Part shown: in pieces, positions 9,853 through 17,389 of the stretch
Numbering within the stretch: position 1 is the first letter of the stretch
How the letters are laid out: each line of letters starts with the position of its first letter
From: an uncultured delta proteobacterium
Lineage (GTDB): Bacteria; Myxococcota_A; Polyangia; Fen-1088
Assembly: GCA_963796685.1 (NCBI GenBank)
Contig: CAWCMR010000013.1
Location: forward strand, 480,001-544,000
Length of the DNA stretch: 64,000 nucleotides
Reading direction: 5' to 3'
Notes under the pieces: generated by a model
The model's input: the letters and a program-made list of their open reading frames with translations, nothing else
What the model was told of the DNA's origin: nothing
The model's database searches: none
Translations under genes and position numbers: made by a program

Positions 9853-10458
9853 CTACCGCCGTCGAATCTTCTTCTTCGCCCAGGCCGGGGCAGAACCACC
9901 GACGGCGCCCGACACGCGTGGAAACGCGGGAGGAACCGCCGCCGCCGATTCCGCCGGTCGATGGCTGGAGGCATTGGCTGCTGGCGCCGTGAGCTTGGGC
10001 GCCACCTTGCCCGCGAACGACGCGGTCCTGGGCGTCGGCGCCACACGTGGCGGTGCCGGGCGATCCTTGGCCGTGCTGGTGGCGCTCGCCACGGGCTTGG
10101 CCGATGCGCGCGAGGCCACGGCCGCGCGTGCAGCTTCGATATCACCCATGTCCACCCGACCGCGGTAGGCCGCGCCGGCGTCCATGATCACGCGGGGTGC
10201 TGCGAGATCGCCAACCACGCGCGCTGTCGCGAGCAGGCGAACGCTTTCCGAGGCCACGATGTTGCCCACCAGGGTTCCCGAAATCACCAGGTTGCGCACG
10301 TCCACATCGGCCTGCACGATGGCGCCCTTCTCGACGGTGAGCGCCTGCGACAAATGAATCTTGCCGTCGACCCTGCCCTTGACGACAAGATCTTCCTCAC
10401 CGCGGATTTCGCCCGAGATGCGTATCTCGGCGCCAATGACAGTTTCCTTGTCAGCCAT
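9853..10458 (-). CDS. Bactofilin with long Ala/Pro/Lys-rich C-terminal tail (BacP-like)
   Basis: Bactofilin beta-helix (TVIG...GEEDLVVKGRVDGKI) plus disordered tail ending KKKIRRR. Confidence 0.85.
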   Translation of the reverse strand: MADKETVIGAEIRISGEIRGEEDLVVKGRVDGKIHLSQALTVEKGAIVQADVDVRNLVISGTLVGNIVASESVRLLATARVVGDLAAPRVIMDAGAAYRGRVDMGDIEAARAAVASRASAKPVASATSTAKDRPAPPRVAPTPRTASFAGKVAPKLTAPAANASSHRPAESAAAVPPAFPRVSGAVGGSAPAWAKKKIRRR

Positions 10459-10467
10459 GGCGACGCC

Positions 10468-10809
10468 TTACACGTCCATGTCGACGTTGCCCTTGAACGT
10501 CGCGCCGTCTGCGACCACGATGCGCGGGGCCTTGGCGTTGCCGACCATCTTCGATTCCGGACGCAGCTCCAGCTTCTCGCGCGCGGTCACGTTGCCGGTC
10601 ACTTTGCCGCTGACCGTGACCGTCTGGCCTTCGATGTCGGCCTCGACGGTGGCCCCGGCTTCGACGACCACGCCCTGCGCGACCGCGATCTTTCCCTTGA
10701 CCGTGCCGAGGATCGTGATGGTCTCCTCGCCGCTGATCTCGCCGTCGACGACGATGCTGCTTCCAATGACCGTGTTCCCCATGGGTTTCGTTTCCTTTTC
10801 CTTTGCCAT
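10468..10809 (-). CDS. Bactofilin (BacO-like)
   Basis: NTVIGSSIVVDGEISG...GATFKGNVDM. Confidence 0.88.
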   Translation of the reverse strand: MAKEKETKPMGNTVIGSSIVVDGEISGEETITILGTVKGKIAVAQGVVVEAGATVEADIEGQTVTVSGKVTGNVTAREKLELRPESKMVGNAKAPRIVVADGATFKGNVDMDV

Positions 10810-10827
10810 GATGAGTTCCGTCCTAGG

Positions 10828-11187
10828 CTAGGCGCTTCCGGGAGCCACGCCCGCCGGCAGATCGACGTCCATTTCGATTTCGCCCGAAAAGCGTGCGCCG
10901 TCCGCGATGGTGATGGAGGGTGCGCTGATCTTGCCAGCCACCCGCGCCGTCGCCTCGAGGACGGCCGAACGGGTCGCCGTCACCGGGCCGCGCACCTCGC
11001 CCTTGAGCGTCGCGATGGTTGCCTCGACATCGGCCTCGACCGACGCGGATTCCTCGACCGTCAGGTGGCTTTCCAGGCGGATGTGGCCTTCGATGCGGCC
11101 CTCGACCACGAGATCCTGCTTGCCGGAGACCTGGCCCCGGACCGTGGTTTTGCTGCCGATGAAACAAGGATCTTCGCTAGCCATCAA
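10828..11187 (-). CDS. Bactofilin (BacN-like)
   Basis: IGSKTTVRGQVSGKQDLVVEGRIEG...GARFSGEIEM. Confidence 0.88.
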   Translation of the reverse strand: MMASEDPCFIGSKTTVRGQVSGKQDLVVEGRIEGHIRLESHLTVEESASVEADVEATIATLKGEVRGPVTATRSAVLEATARVAGKISAPSITIADGARFSGEIEMDVDLPAGVAPGSA

Positions 11188-11247
11188 GTCCTCCTCTGCG
11201 CAGGCGCACGGCGGAAGTTATCGTTGCCGATCCCAGGTGTCAATCAT

Positions 11248-11324
11248 CATGGGAACCCTGGGAGGGTTCCCAAACCCTCCCGCGTTCTGGCGAAGCCGGG
11301 CAAAGCCCGGCTTCGCCTACGCGA
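11248..11324. repeat. ~78-bp palindromic repeat element, intergenic copy
   Basis: Hairpins GGGAACCCT-GGG-AGGGTTCCC and GGCGAAGCCGGGC-AAA-GCCCGGCTTCGCC; 65/77 ungapped identity (hand alignment) to 14335-14411; ATCATGGGAA recurs at 11246, 11324 and 11357. Confidence 0.8.
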
Positions 11325-11380
11325 TCATGGGAACCTATGGTGCGTGCCCTAACGCGATCATGGGAAGCGAACGCCGTTTT

Positions 11381-11401
11381 GTAGGGGCCGCGTGGCGGCC
11401 C
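11381..11401 (+). repeat. GTAG-type REP-like hairpin
   Basis: GTAG-GGGCCGC-GTG-GCGGCCC. Confidence 0.5.
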
Positions 11402-11584
11402 TATCGCCTCGCCCCGCGCAGCGGGCGAGGGCGCGGCGAAGCCGCGGGGGCAGGTGTAGGGCGTGTAGGACCCGAAGTGCCCGCAGGGCTGAGAGGCCGA
11501 CGCACGAAGCGAGACGGTGAGGGACGACGCGGCTCGCTCTTTCGCCTGATCCTCACCGATGCGGACGTTGGCGACCTCGCCCTG

Positions 11585-11722
11585 ACGGGGTTCCGACGGG
11601 GGGGGCTGGGCTCTTGGCCCGCGCGAGCACCTTGAAAGGGCTGCGCTGAGACGGTTCCCACCTGGGAGGCTTCGCTTCGCCCTCGGTACCCGCCAGCCCG
11701 CCCAGCCACCCTGCTCCCCCGG
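11585..11722. ncRNA. Candidate long-hairpin structured element (unassigned ncRNA or MITE-like repeat)
   Basis: Non-coding; nested complementary blocks (GGCTGGGC/GCCCAGCC, AGCACC/GGTACC-like, AAGGGC/GCCCTC); matches no family I can confirm. Confidence 0.3.
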
Positions 11723-11750
11723 GCTGCGCGCGGACTTTGGGCTTTAGCAT

Positions 11751-12533
11751 TTAGCGCAGGCCCATGTGGCTGAGCATGGCCATGACCTGCTTGAGATCGG
11801 CCCAGGCTTCGCCCTTGCGGCTCTCGTCGCGCAACAGGAAGGCCGGGTGGTAGGTCGGCATGACCGGGATCTCGTGGTAGGTGCGCAGGTTGCCGCGCAG
11901 GCGGGTGATGGGAGTGCTTTCGCCGCACAGGTATTGGGCGGCAAACTTGCCCAAGGCCACGATCACGCGCGGCTGCACGATGGCGATCTGTTTGCGCAGG
12001 AACTGCTCGCAGGCCTCGATCTCGTCGGGTTCGGGGTTGCGATTCTGGGGCGGGCGACACTTGATGATGTTGCAGATGTAGACCTCGGACCGTTCGTAGC
12101 CCATGGCCTTGATCATCTTGGTCAGAAGCTGTCCGGCCGCGCCCACGAAGGGCTCGCCCCGGGCATCCTCTTCGGCCCCCGGCGCCTCGCCGACGAACAT
12201 CAGGTTGGCGTCGGGGTTGCCCACGCCGAACACGATGTGCCTGCGCCCCTTGGCCAGCTTGCAGCGCTGGCAATCGCCGATCTCGCCGTGCAGGGCATTG
12301 AGGCCACGCCCGCTGTGTAGCACCTGGCCTTCGTCATAGAGGACCGGCGGCGGCGTCGGGTACGGCATGAGCGGCTCGGAATCGACCCCGGACGATGCCG
12401 TCTCGGGTGCCGTGCCAGGCGCAGCGGGCGATGGTCGTCGCGAAACCCCGAGCAGGCCGGAGCGCCCGCGCGCCTCGAGGTGGGTCCGGAACGCGGCGGC
12501 AAGCTCGCGCAGCTCTTGTCGCGGGTCGGACAA
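11751..12533 (-). CDS. Uracil-DNA glycosylase, family 4 (Fe-S)
   Basis: CQRC, GEAPG, PFVGAAG, KCRPPQNR, YHPA motifs. Confidence 0.93.
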   Translation of the reverse strand: MSDPRQELRELAAAFRTHLEARGRSGLLGVSRRPSPAAPGTAPETASSGVDSEPLMPYPTPPPVLYDEGQVLHSGRGLNALHGEIGDCQRCKLAKGRRHIVFGVGNPDANLMFVGEAPGAEEDARGEPFVGAAGQLLTKMIKAMGYERSEVYICNIIKCRPPQNRNPEPDEIEACEQFLRKQIAIVQPRVIVALGKFAAQYLCGESTPITRLRGNLRTYHEIPVMPTYHPAFLLRDESRKGEAWADLKQVMAMLSHMGLR

Positions 12534-12534
12534 G

Positions 12535-13518
12535 TCAGATCTTTCCGAGAATCGAAGCGGTGGCCATCGCGTAGTAGAACGTGGCGGAGGTCTCGGCCGA
12601 AAAACCCGGCATGCGGCCGAGCACGCCCTTGTCGGCGCGCTCGTCGAGCTCGTCCATGATCGCCTTGTAGGAATCGAAGAAGGTCGCGTCGGTCGAGATG
12701 GAAAAGGCGTACCCCAGCGTTGCGGCCGCGCACGAGTTCCAGGTGTTCTCGTCCATGGGCCGCGCGACGAAGGCTTGCGGAAGAGCAGGCGCCACGCGTT
12801 CGCGCAGCCACGCCCCGACGAAAGGAATCGGGCCCTCGGCGCCGATTACGGCCAAAACCCGCGTGGCGGTGGTGCACGAGAAATCGAACAGCCCATCGCG
12901 TGTCGCCAGCTCGGCGGCGAACGGCGGTGGGCTCTTCATGCCGAAGGCGGCATCGACGAAGCGGCGCGCGGTGGCGCTCAGGCCCCGGTCGCCGGTGGCG
13001 CGGGCGTATTCGCCGAGCGTCCACGCCAAAAAGCCCGGATCCTTGAATTCGCGGCCGGTGAGGTTTTCCAGATCGGTCACGTAGGCGCCGAGCAGACGCG
13101 CGGCCGTGGCGACGCGCTCGCGGCGAGCGCTCTCATCGTCGACGGCCTTGTGTCCATCGCCGGCCAGCCAGGCGCGCAGAACCATGGCACAGTCGTAGGC
13201 CGCCTCGTCGCTGGCGTGCGCGGCCAGCGAGCGTGGAATGAAGTCGCCCCAGCTCGATTCCACGAAGCTCCACGCCGAGGCGATGTTGAGCGAATAGCGG
13301 TCGTCGCCGAGCACCTCTTGTCCTCGCGACCACACCCAAATGGCCGACAGTGTACCGTGAAAATCGCCGTCCCCGGAGCCGGGCCAGGGCGGCACATTGC
13401 CGCGCGTGTGCCCGCCCATCTCCTGACGGGACGCCAACGTGTCGCCTGCGTATTGCAGTCGCTCGACGACCCTCGGGCGATAGGAGCCGATCTTTTCTTC
13501 CACCAGGGCACTAGGCAT
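12535..13518 (-). CDS. Hypothetical all-alpha protein, translationally coupled to coaBC
   Basis: ATG at 13518 (MPSALVEEK) overlaps the coaBC stop; ends 1 bp before the UDG start. Confidence 0.7.
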   Translation of the reverse strand: MPSALVEEKIGSYRPRVVERLQYAGDTLASRQEMGGHTRGNVPPWPGSGDGDFHGTLSAIWVWSRGQEVLGDDRYSLNIASAWSFVESSWGDFIPRSLAAHASDEAAYDCAMVLRAWLAGDGHKAVDDESARRERVATAARLLGAYVTDLENLTGREFKDPGFLAWTLGEYARATGDRGLSATARRFVDAAFGMKSPPPFAAELATRDGLFDFSCTTATRVLAVIGAEGPIPFVGAWLRERVAPALPQAFVARPMDENTWNSCAAATLGYAFSISTDATFFDSYKAIMDELDERADKGVLGRMPGFSAETSATFYYAMATASILGKI

Positions 13519-14983
13519 GCTTTTCCTTTGCGCGCTTATAGGCTGTCTTGCGTTCTGTCTTGGGACTGGTTTGGTCGGAAAGCTTTCGCACCGACGCGAC
13601 GAATTCTTGAGCGATCTTATCCCAGATCGCTCGTGCCAGAAGATCCTTCCGCGCCGGAGGCAGCTCGATGGCGCGACTACCGCCAAAAACCAGCGTCACC
13701 GCGTTTTCATCAGCCCCGAAGCCTACACCCGGACGACCGACCTCGTTGGCGACAACCACGTCACAACCCTTCTCGGCAAGCTTGACGCGGGCACGGTCGA
13801 TGAGCGCCTGGCCCGACACGCCGACCTCGGCGGCGAAGCCAATCAAATAGGGACGGCTCCCCTTGCGCGCGCGGCCGAGCTCGGCCAGAAGATCGGGATT
13901 GGCGACCAAGGGAATCGCCTTGGCGACCTTGGGGCTCGCCTGCTTGCCATCCCGTCGCGAGAGCTTGCCCAGCACGCGCACGCCGGGACGAAAATCGGCC
14001 ACTGCTGCGGCCATGACCACGACGTCGGCACGGGCCGCGCTCTTCTGCAAGGCCTGGCGCATCTCCAGCGCGGACTCGACATCGATGCGTCTGGCGACCA
14101 TGTCGGGCGTGGCCAGCGCGACGGGCCCGGCGATGAGGGTGACCCGCGCGCCCATCCGGCCCGCGGCCTCGGCCAGGGCAAAACCCATCTTCCCCGACGA
14201 GCGATTACCCAGGAAACGCACGTCGTCCACCGCTTCCCAAGTCGGCCCGGCAGTGACCACGATATGCTGACCGGAGAGGGTGCCCATGGCACTGACATCC
14301 GCCGGGCCGAGCCCGTCTCCGCCTTCGCGATTGACATGGGCACCCTGGGAGGGTTCCCATTCCCTCCCGCGTTTCGGCTCCGCCGGGCCGAGCCCGTCTT
14401 CGCCTTCGCGACTCGTCAACTCAGGCCCCAGCCGGGCGAGCGTGGCCGCGAGAATGTCCTCTGGATTCACCATGCGCCCTGCCCCCACCCAACCGCATGC
14501 CAGGTCGCCCGCGTCCGGCCCGACATAGGTCACGCGCCCGTGCCCCACGGTGCACAGGCGCGTGAGGTTGTCCTGCGTGATGGGGTTTTCCCACATGTTG
14601 GTGTTCATGGCCGGAGCCAGCAGGACGGGCGCCTTGGTGGCCAGCACGACGGCCGCCAGCAGATCGTCGGCCATGCCCGCGGCAAAGCGCGCGATGGCGT
14701 CGGCAGTGGCGGGCGCGATGATGATGATGTCCGCGCGGCTGGCCAGCTCGATATGGCCGATGCCACCCTCGGGAACGGTTGCGAAAAGGTCGCGCGCCAC
14801 CTCGTGCCCGGACAGCGCCTGCATGGTGAGCGGCGTGATGAACTCGCATGCCGCGTCGGTCATCACCACCCGCACCTGCGCCCCTGCCCTCACCAACAAC
14901 CGGCACAGCTCCGCGGCCTTGTACGCCGCGATGCCACCCGTCACGCCGAGAACGACGGTCTTGCCAGCCAAATCCGGGGTCAT
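13511..14983 (-). CDS. coaBC: Bifunctional phosphopantothenoylcysteine decarboxylase / phosphopantothenate-cysteine ligase with repeat-derived linker insertion
   Basis: GVTGGIAAYKA, PAMNTNMW, LACG, VTAGPT.E..D.VRF..NRSSGKMG, AAVADF, GFAAE; start taken at MTPDLAG. Confidence 0.95.
   Translation of the reverse strand: MTPDLAGKTVVLGVTGGIAAYKAAELCRLLVRAGAQVRVVMTDAACEFITPLTMQALSGHEVARDLFATVPEGGIGHIELASRADIIIIAPATADAIARFAAGMADDLLAAVVLATKAPVLLAPAMNTNMWENPITQDNLTRLCTVGHGRVTYVGPDAGDLACGWVGAGRMVNPEDILAATLARLGPELTSREGEDGLGPAEPKRGREWEPSQGAHVNREGGDGLGPADVSAMGTLSGQHIVVTAGPTWEAVDDVRFLGNRSSGKMGFALAEAAGRMGARVTLIAGPVALATPDMVARRIDVESALEMRQALQKSAARADVVVMAAAVADFRPGVRVLGKLSRRDGKQASPKVAKAIPLVANPDLLAELGRARKGSRPYLIGFAAEVGVSGQALIDRARVKLAEKGCDVVVANEVGRPGVGFGADENAVTLVFGGSRAIELPPARKDLLARAIWDKIAQEFVASVRKLSDQTSPKTERKTAYKRAKEKHA
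14299..14411. repeat. In-frame copy (about 1.4 units, 81-bp period) of the palindromic element inside coaBC
   Basis: GCCGGGCCGAGCCCGTCT(C/T)CGCCTTCGCGA at 14301 and 14382; encodes SREGEDGLGPAE...NREGGDGLGPAD. Confidence 0.8.
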
Positions 14984-15168
14984 GATGCTCGGGATTTTAG
15001 CATCGAATTCGCGCCCCCGTGCGAACCGGACGAGGCGCCGCGCAATTTTCGTTACTAGGGTGAGCCTCGGGTTTCGCCGGACAGCCAGAGCATCGCCCTT
15101 GCCACTGCGAGCGGGATCTACGTCAAGAGCTTGGCTCCGTGAAGGCTCGCTTGCGCTGTGGCCGGCTC

Positions 15169-16027
15169 TCACCGGGGAGACGCGCAGGCAGCGCCAAGCT
15201 TCCGGCCCAGCTCCTCGACCAGGGCCTTGCGCGACGGAGACGAGTCGTCCACTGCGCCCCATAGCCAGCGGCCGTTCCAGGCGAGCAGAATCTCGCCGTT
15301 GAGAGGGTCCTCGAGGGTCGCGACACCTTCGGCCGGGATGTCCGCCTTGGGCGACTTCGCCACGGCATGGAAAGCGGCGACCATGGCGCGCGCGTCGGTC
15401 GCGTCCTTGCCCTCGACGGCGAACAGGCGAAAACGCGCGCCGCCGACCTCATAGGGCACGGTGGCGGCGTCGTGCAGAAACTTATGCCCCAGGAAATCGC
15501 GCGCGGTCAGCTTCTCCGCGCGAGGCCGCTTGCCCTGGTCGGGAAAACAGGCGAGCAGCGCGGGCAGCTTGCGCGGGCCGGGCAGTTTCGCCGCGATCTT
15601 CTCCGCGAACATGGGCAGGACGGCCGGGTCGCCGCCGCCAGGCAGTGCCAACTTCACGTAGTAGGCGCCGGCGACGAGCTCCAAGTGGTCGGCCCCGGCG
15701 ATGCCTTCGAGCTTGCCCGGCATCTTGGTGCTGCCGGGCCGCCGCTCTTGCGAGTAGATGCCGAAGGCGCGGGCCGCGTCGCGCAGATGGTAAAGGTCGG
15801 CCGTGACCTCGACCTTCTTGGCATTCACGTAGGTGACCGAGGTCAAGATCCTGGAAGTCATACTGCAGGAACGCGTCCGCACCGCCGTCGATGTATTCGT
15901 AGAGATTGTCCGGGGTGTACGTCGTCGGCGGCGCGGCCAGCTTCCATCCGTCGATACGCGGGAGCAGCTTGGCGGCGCCCGGATCCGGAGCGGCGAACAG
16001 CAAGGCCAGCAGCGGAAGCACGGTCAT
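15169..16027 (-). CDS. Secreted DUF6599-like protein, frameshifted near 15846
   Basis: ATG overlaps the AKR stop; YTPDNLYEYIDGGAD motif, then continues in another frame with AFGIYSQER. Confidence 0.7.
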
Positions 16028-17298
16028 CAGATGAGGAACTCCCGCGGCACGTCGCGCAGCCTCGCGATGTCGCGAATACGGTCGCGCACGTCGAAGCCCT
16101 TGGCGCACACCACGGGGCAGGTGTCGCAGTCGCCGCACGGCGCGCGCGGCAGGTCGAGGGCAAGCAGGAGCGACTGTGCGGCCTCGCGATTCTTGTAGCC
16201 GTGACCGTACATGTAGCTGCGCATCAGCTCGGGGATGGGCAAGCTCTGGCGGCAGGATTCCAGACACTGCTCGCAACCCTGGCAGAAGAGGCCGGCCAGC
16301 TTCCCATCGCCCAGCTTCTCGCTGTCGGCGGGGGTGAGCACCGGGTCGTTCATCACCGCCAGATCGTCCTGCAGCTGCTCCAGGGTGGTGAAACCGGGGA
16401 TGGCCGTGGCCACGTTGGGATCGCGCAGCGCCCATTTCAGCGCGGCCTTCGGGTCGATGGGCTTGGTCTTCTCCTTGTCCCAATACACGCCGGCCTGGGT
16501 CTTCATGGCCACGATGCCGAGCCCCGCTGCCGCCGCTTCGCCGATCGCCTTCTGGACCTCCAGATGGTGGTCCTGCTTGAAGTTGTAGGAAGTCAGCACC
16601 ACGTCGTAGAGCTTGGCCTCCACGGCTGCGCGCAGCACGTCCGGCTCGTTCTTGTGGGTCGACACGCCGAGAAAGCGCGTCTTGCCGTCCCGCTTCGCCT
16701 TCGCGAGCGCCCCCATCAACGCCTCGTACAGCACCCCCTCGCGGGCGCTCTGGCAGTGCAGGTAGAGAACGTCGACGTGATCGAGGCCCAGCCGCTTCAG
16801 GCTGAGGTCGAGCTTCTCGGTGATCTCCTCACCGCGCGTGCCCGGCCCGAAGAGTCCCGTGTTGCGGTCCAGCGTCTTGACGAAGATCTTGGTGCAAATC
16901 ACGAACGAGTCGCGCTTGCGGCCGGGCAAGACCGTGCCGAGCATCTCCTCGTTGCGCCCGTCCTGGTAGACGTGCGCGGTGTCGAGCAAGACCATGCCGC
17001 CGTGGAGCGCGGCCTTGACCAGATTGGGATTGTCCGCGTTCATCACCCCCATGCTGACCACCGGCACCTGGATGCCCGTGCGGCCGAGAGTGCGGCGCTG
17101 GGGGCCCGCGGGCTTGGCCGGAGCCTCGACCTTCGGTGCCTGAGGTGCCGCGGCGACTGGCGGCGGTGATGGTGATGGTGACGGTGACGGTGCCTTCTGC
17201 TGCACCACCGTCGCACACCCGGCGGCCACGGCCGACGCCGCGAACCCCGTGGCACCGAGCCTCAAGAAATCCCGTCGTTCGAGTGCGGACTTGCTCAT
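16027..17298 (-). CDS. Tat-exported aldo/keto reductase with C-terminal 4Fe-4S dicluster
   Basis: RRDFL Tat motif; RTLGRTG, DTAHVY, SLKRLGLDHVD; CQGCEQCLESC and CGDCDTCPVVC. Confidence 0.88.
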   Translation of the reverse strand: MSKSALERRDFLRLGATGFAASAVAAGCATVVQQKAPSPSPSPSPPPVAAAPQAPKVEAPAKPAGPQRRTLGRTGIQVPVVSMGVMNADNPNLVKAALHGGMVLLDTAHVYQDGRNEEMLGTVLPGRKRDSFVICTKIFVKTLDRNTGLFGPGTRGEEITEKLDLSLKRLGLDHVDVLYLHCQSAREGVLYEALMGALAKAKRDGKTRFLGVSTHKNEPDVLRAAVEAKLYDVVLTSYNFKQDHHLEVQKAIGEAAAAGLGIVAMKTQAGVYWDKEKTKPIDPKAALKWALRDPNVATAIPGFTTLEQLQDDLAVMNDPVLTPADSEKLGDGKLAGLFCQGCEQCLESCRQSLPIPELMRSYMYGHGYKNREAAQSLLLALDLPRAPCGDCDTCPVVCAKGFDVRDRIRDIARLRDVPREFLI

Positions 17299-17389
17299 GC
17301 GATCACCCGGGAAGAGTATAGAGGGAGAACGGGATCGATCGCTCCCGGATTCGTCCAGCGAGAAGCCTGACCCCGGTGAGCGTGATTCC

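Noticed and set aside
8989-11352. 787-aa plus-strand ORF and other long antisense ORFs (e.g. 18137-20221, 29997-31907, 41679-44063, 44147-46309)
   Set aside because: Shadow ORFs opposite recognisable genes, expected in high-GC3 DNA
11246-11366. CRISPR-like array from repeated ATCATGGGAA
   Set aside because: Repeats are only 10-15 bp, spacing is irregular (78 and 33 bp) and there are no cas genes
11450-11750. RNase P / SRP / 6S RNA call (AAAGTCC...GCAGGGTG and GAACCCCGTCAGG on the minus strand)
   Set aside because: Lacks GAGGAAAGTCC with its P4 partner and the SRP GGAAGGAAGCAG core; kept only as an unassigned structured candidate
14984-15262. N-terminal extensions in the ORF track (coaBC to 15262, also hrpB to 40248, prkA to 24524, kamA to 37245)
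   Set aside because: They overlap neighbouring genes or repeats; downstream starts with homology onset or an RBS are more plausible
17165-17194. (GGTGAY)n hexamer repeat as a phase-variation tract
   Set aside because: In-frame and encodes a Pro-Ser linker, so it cannot switch the frame
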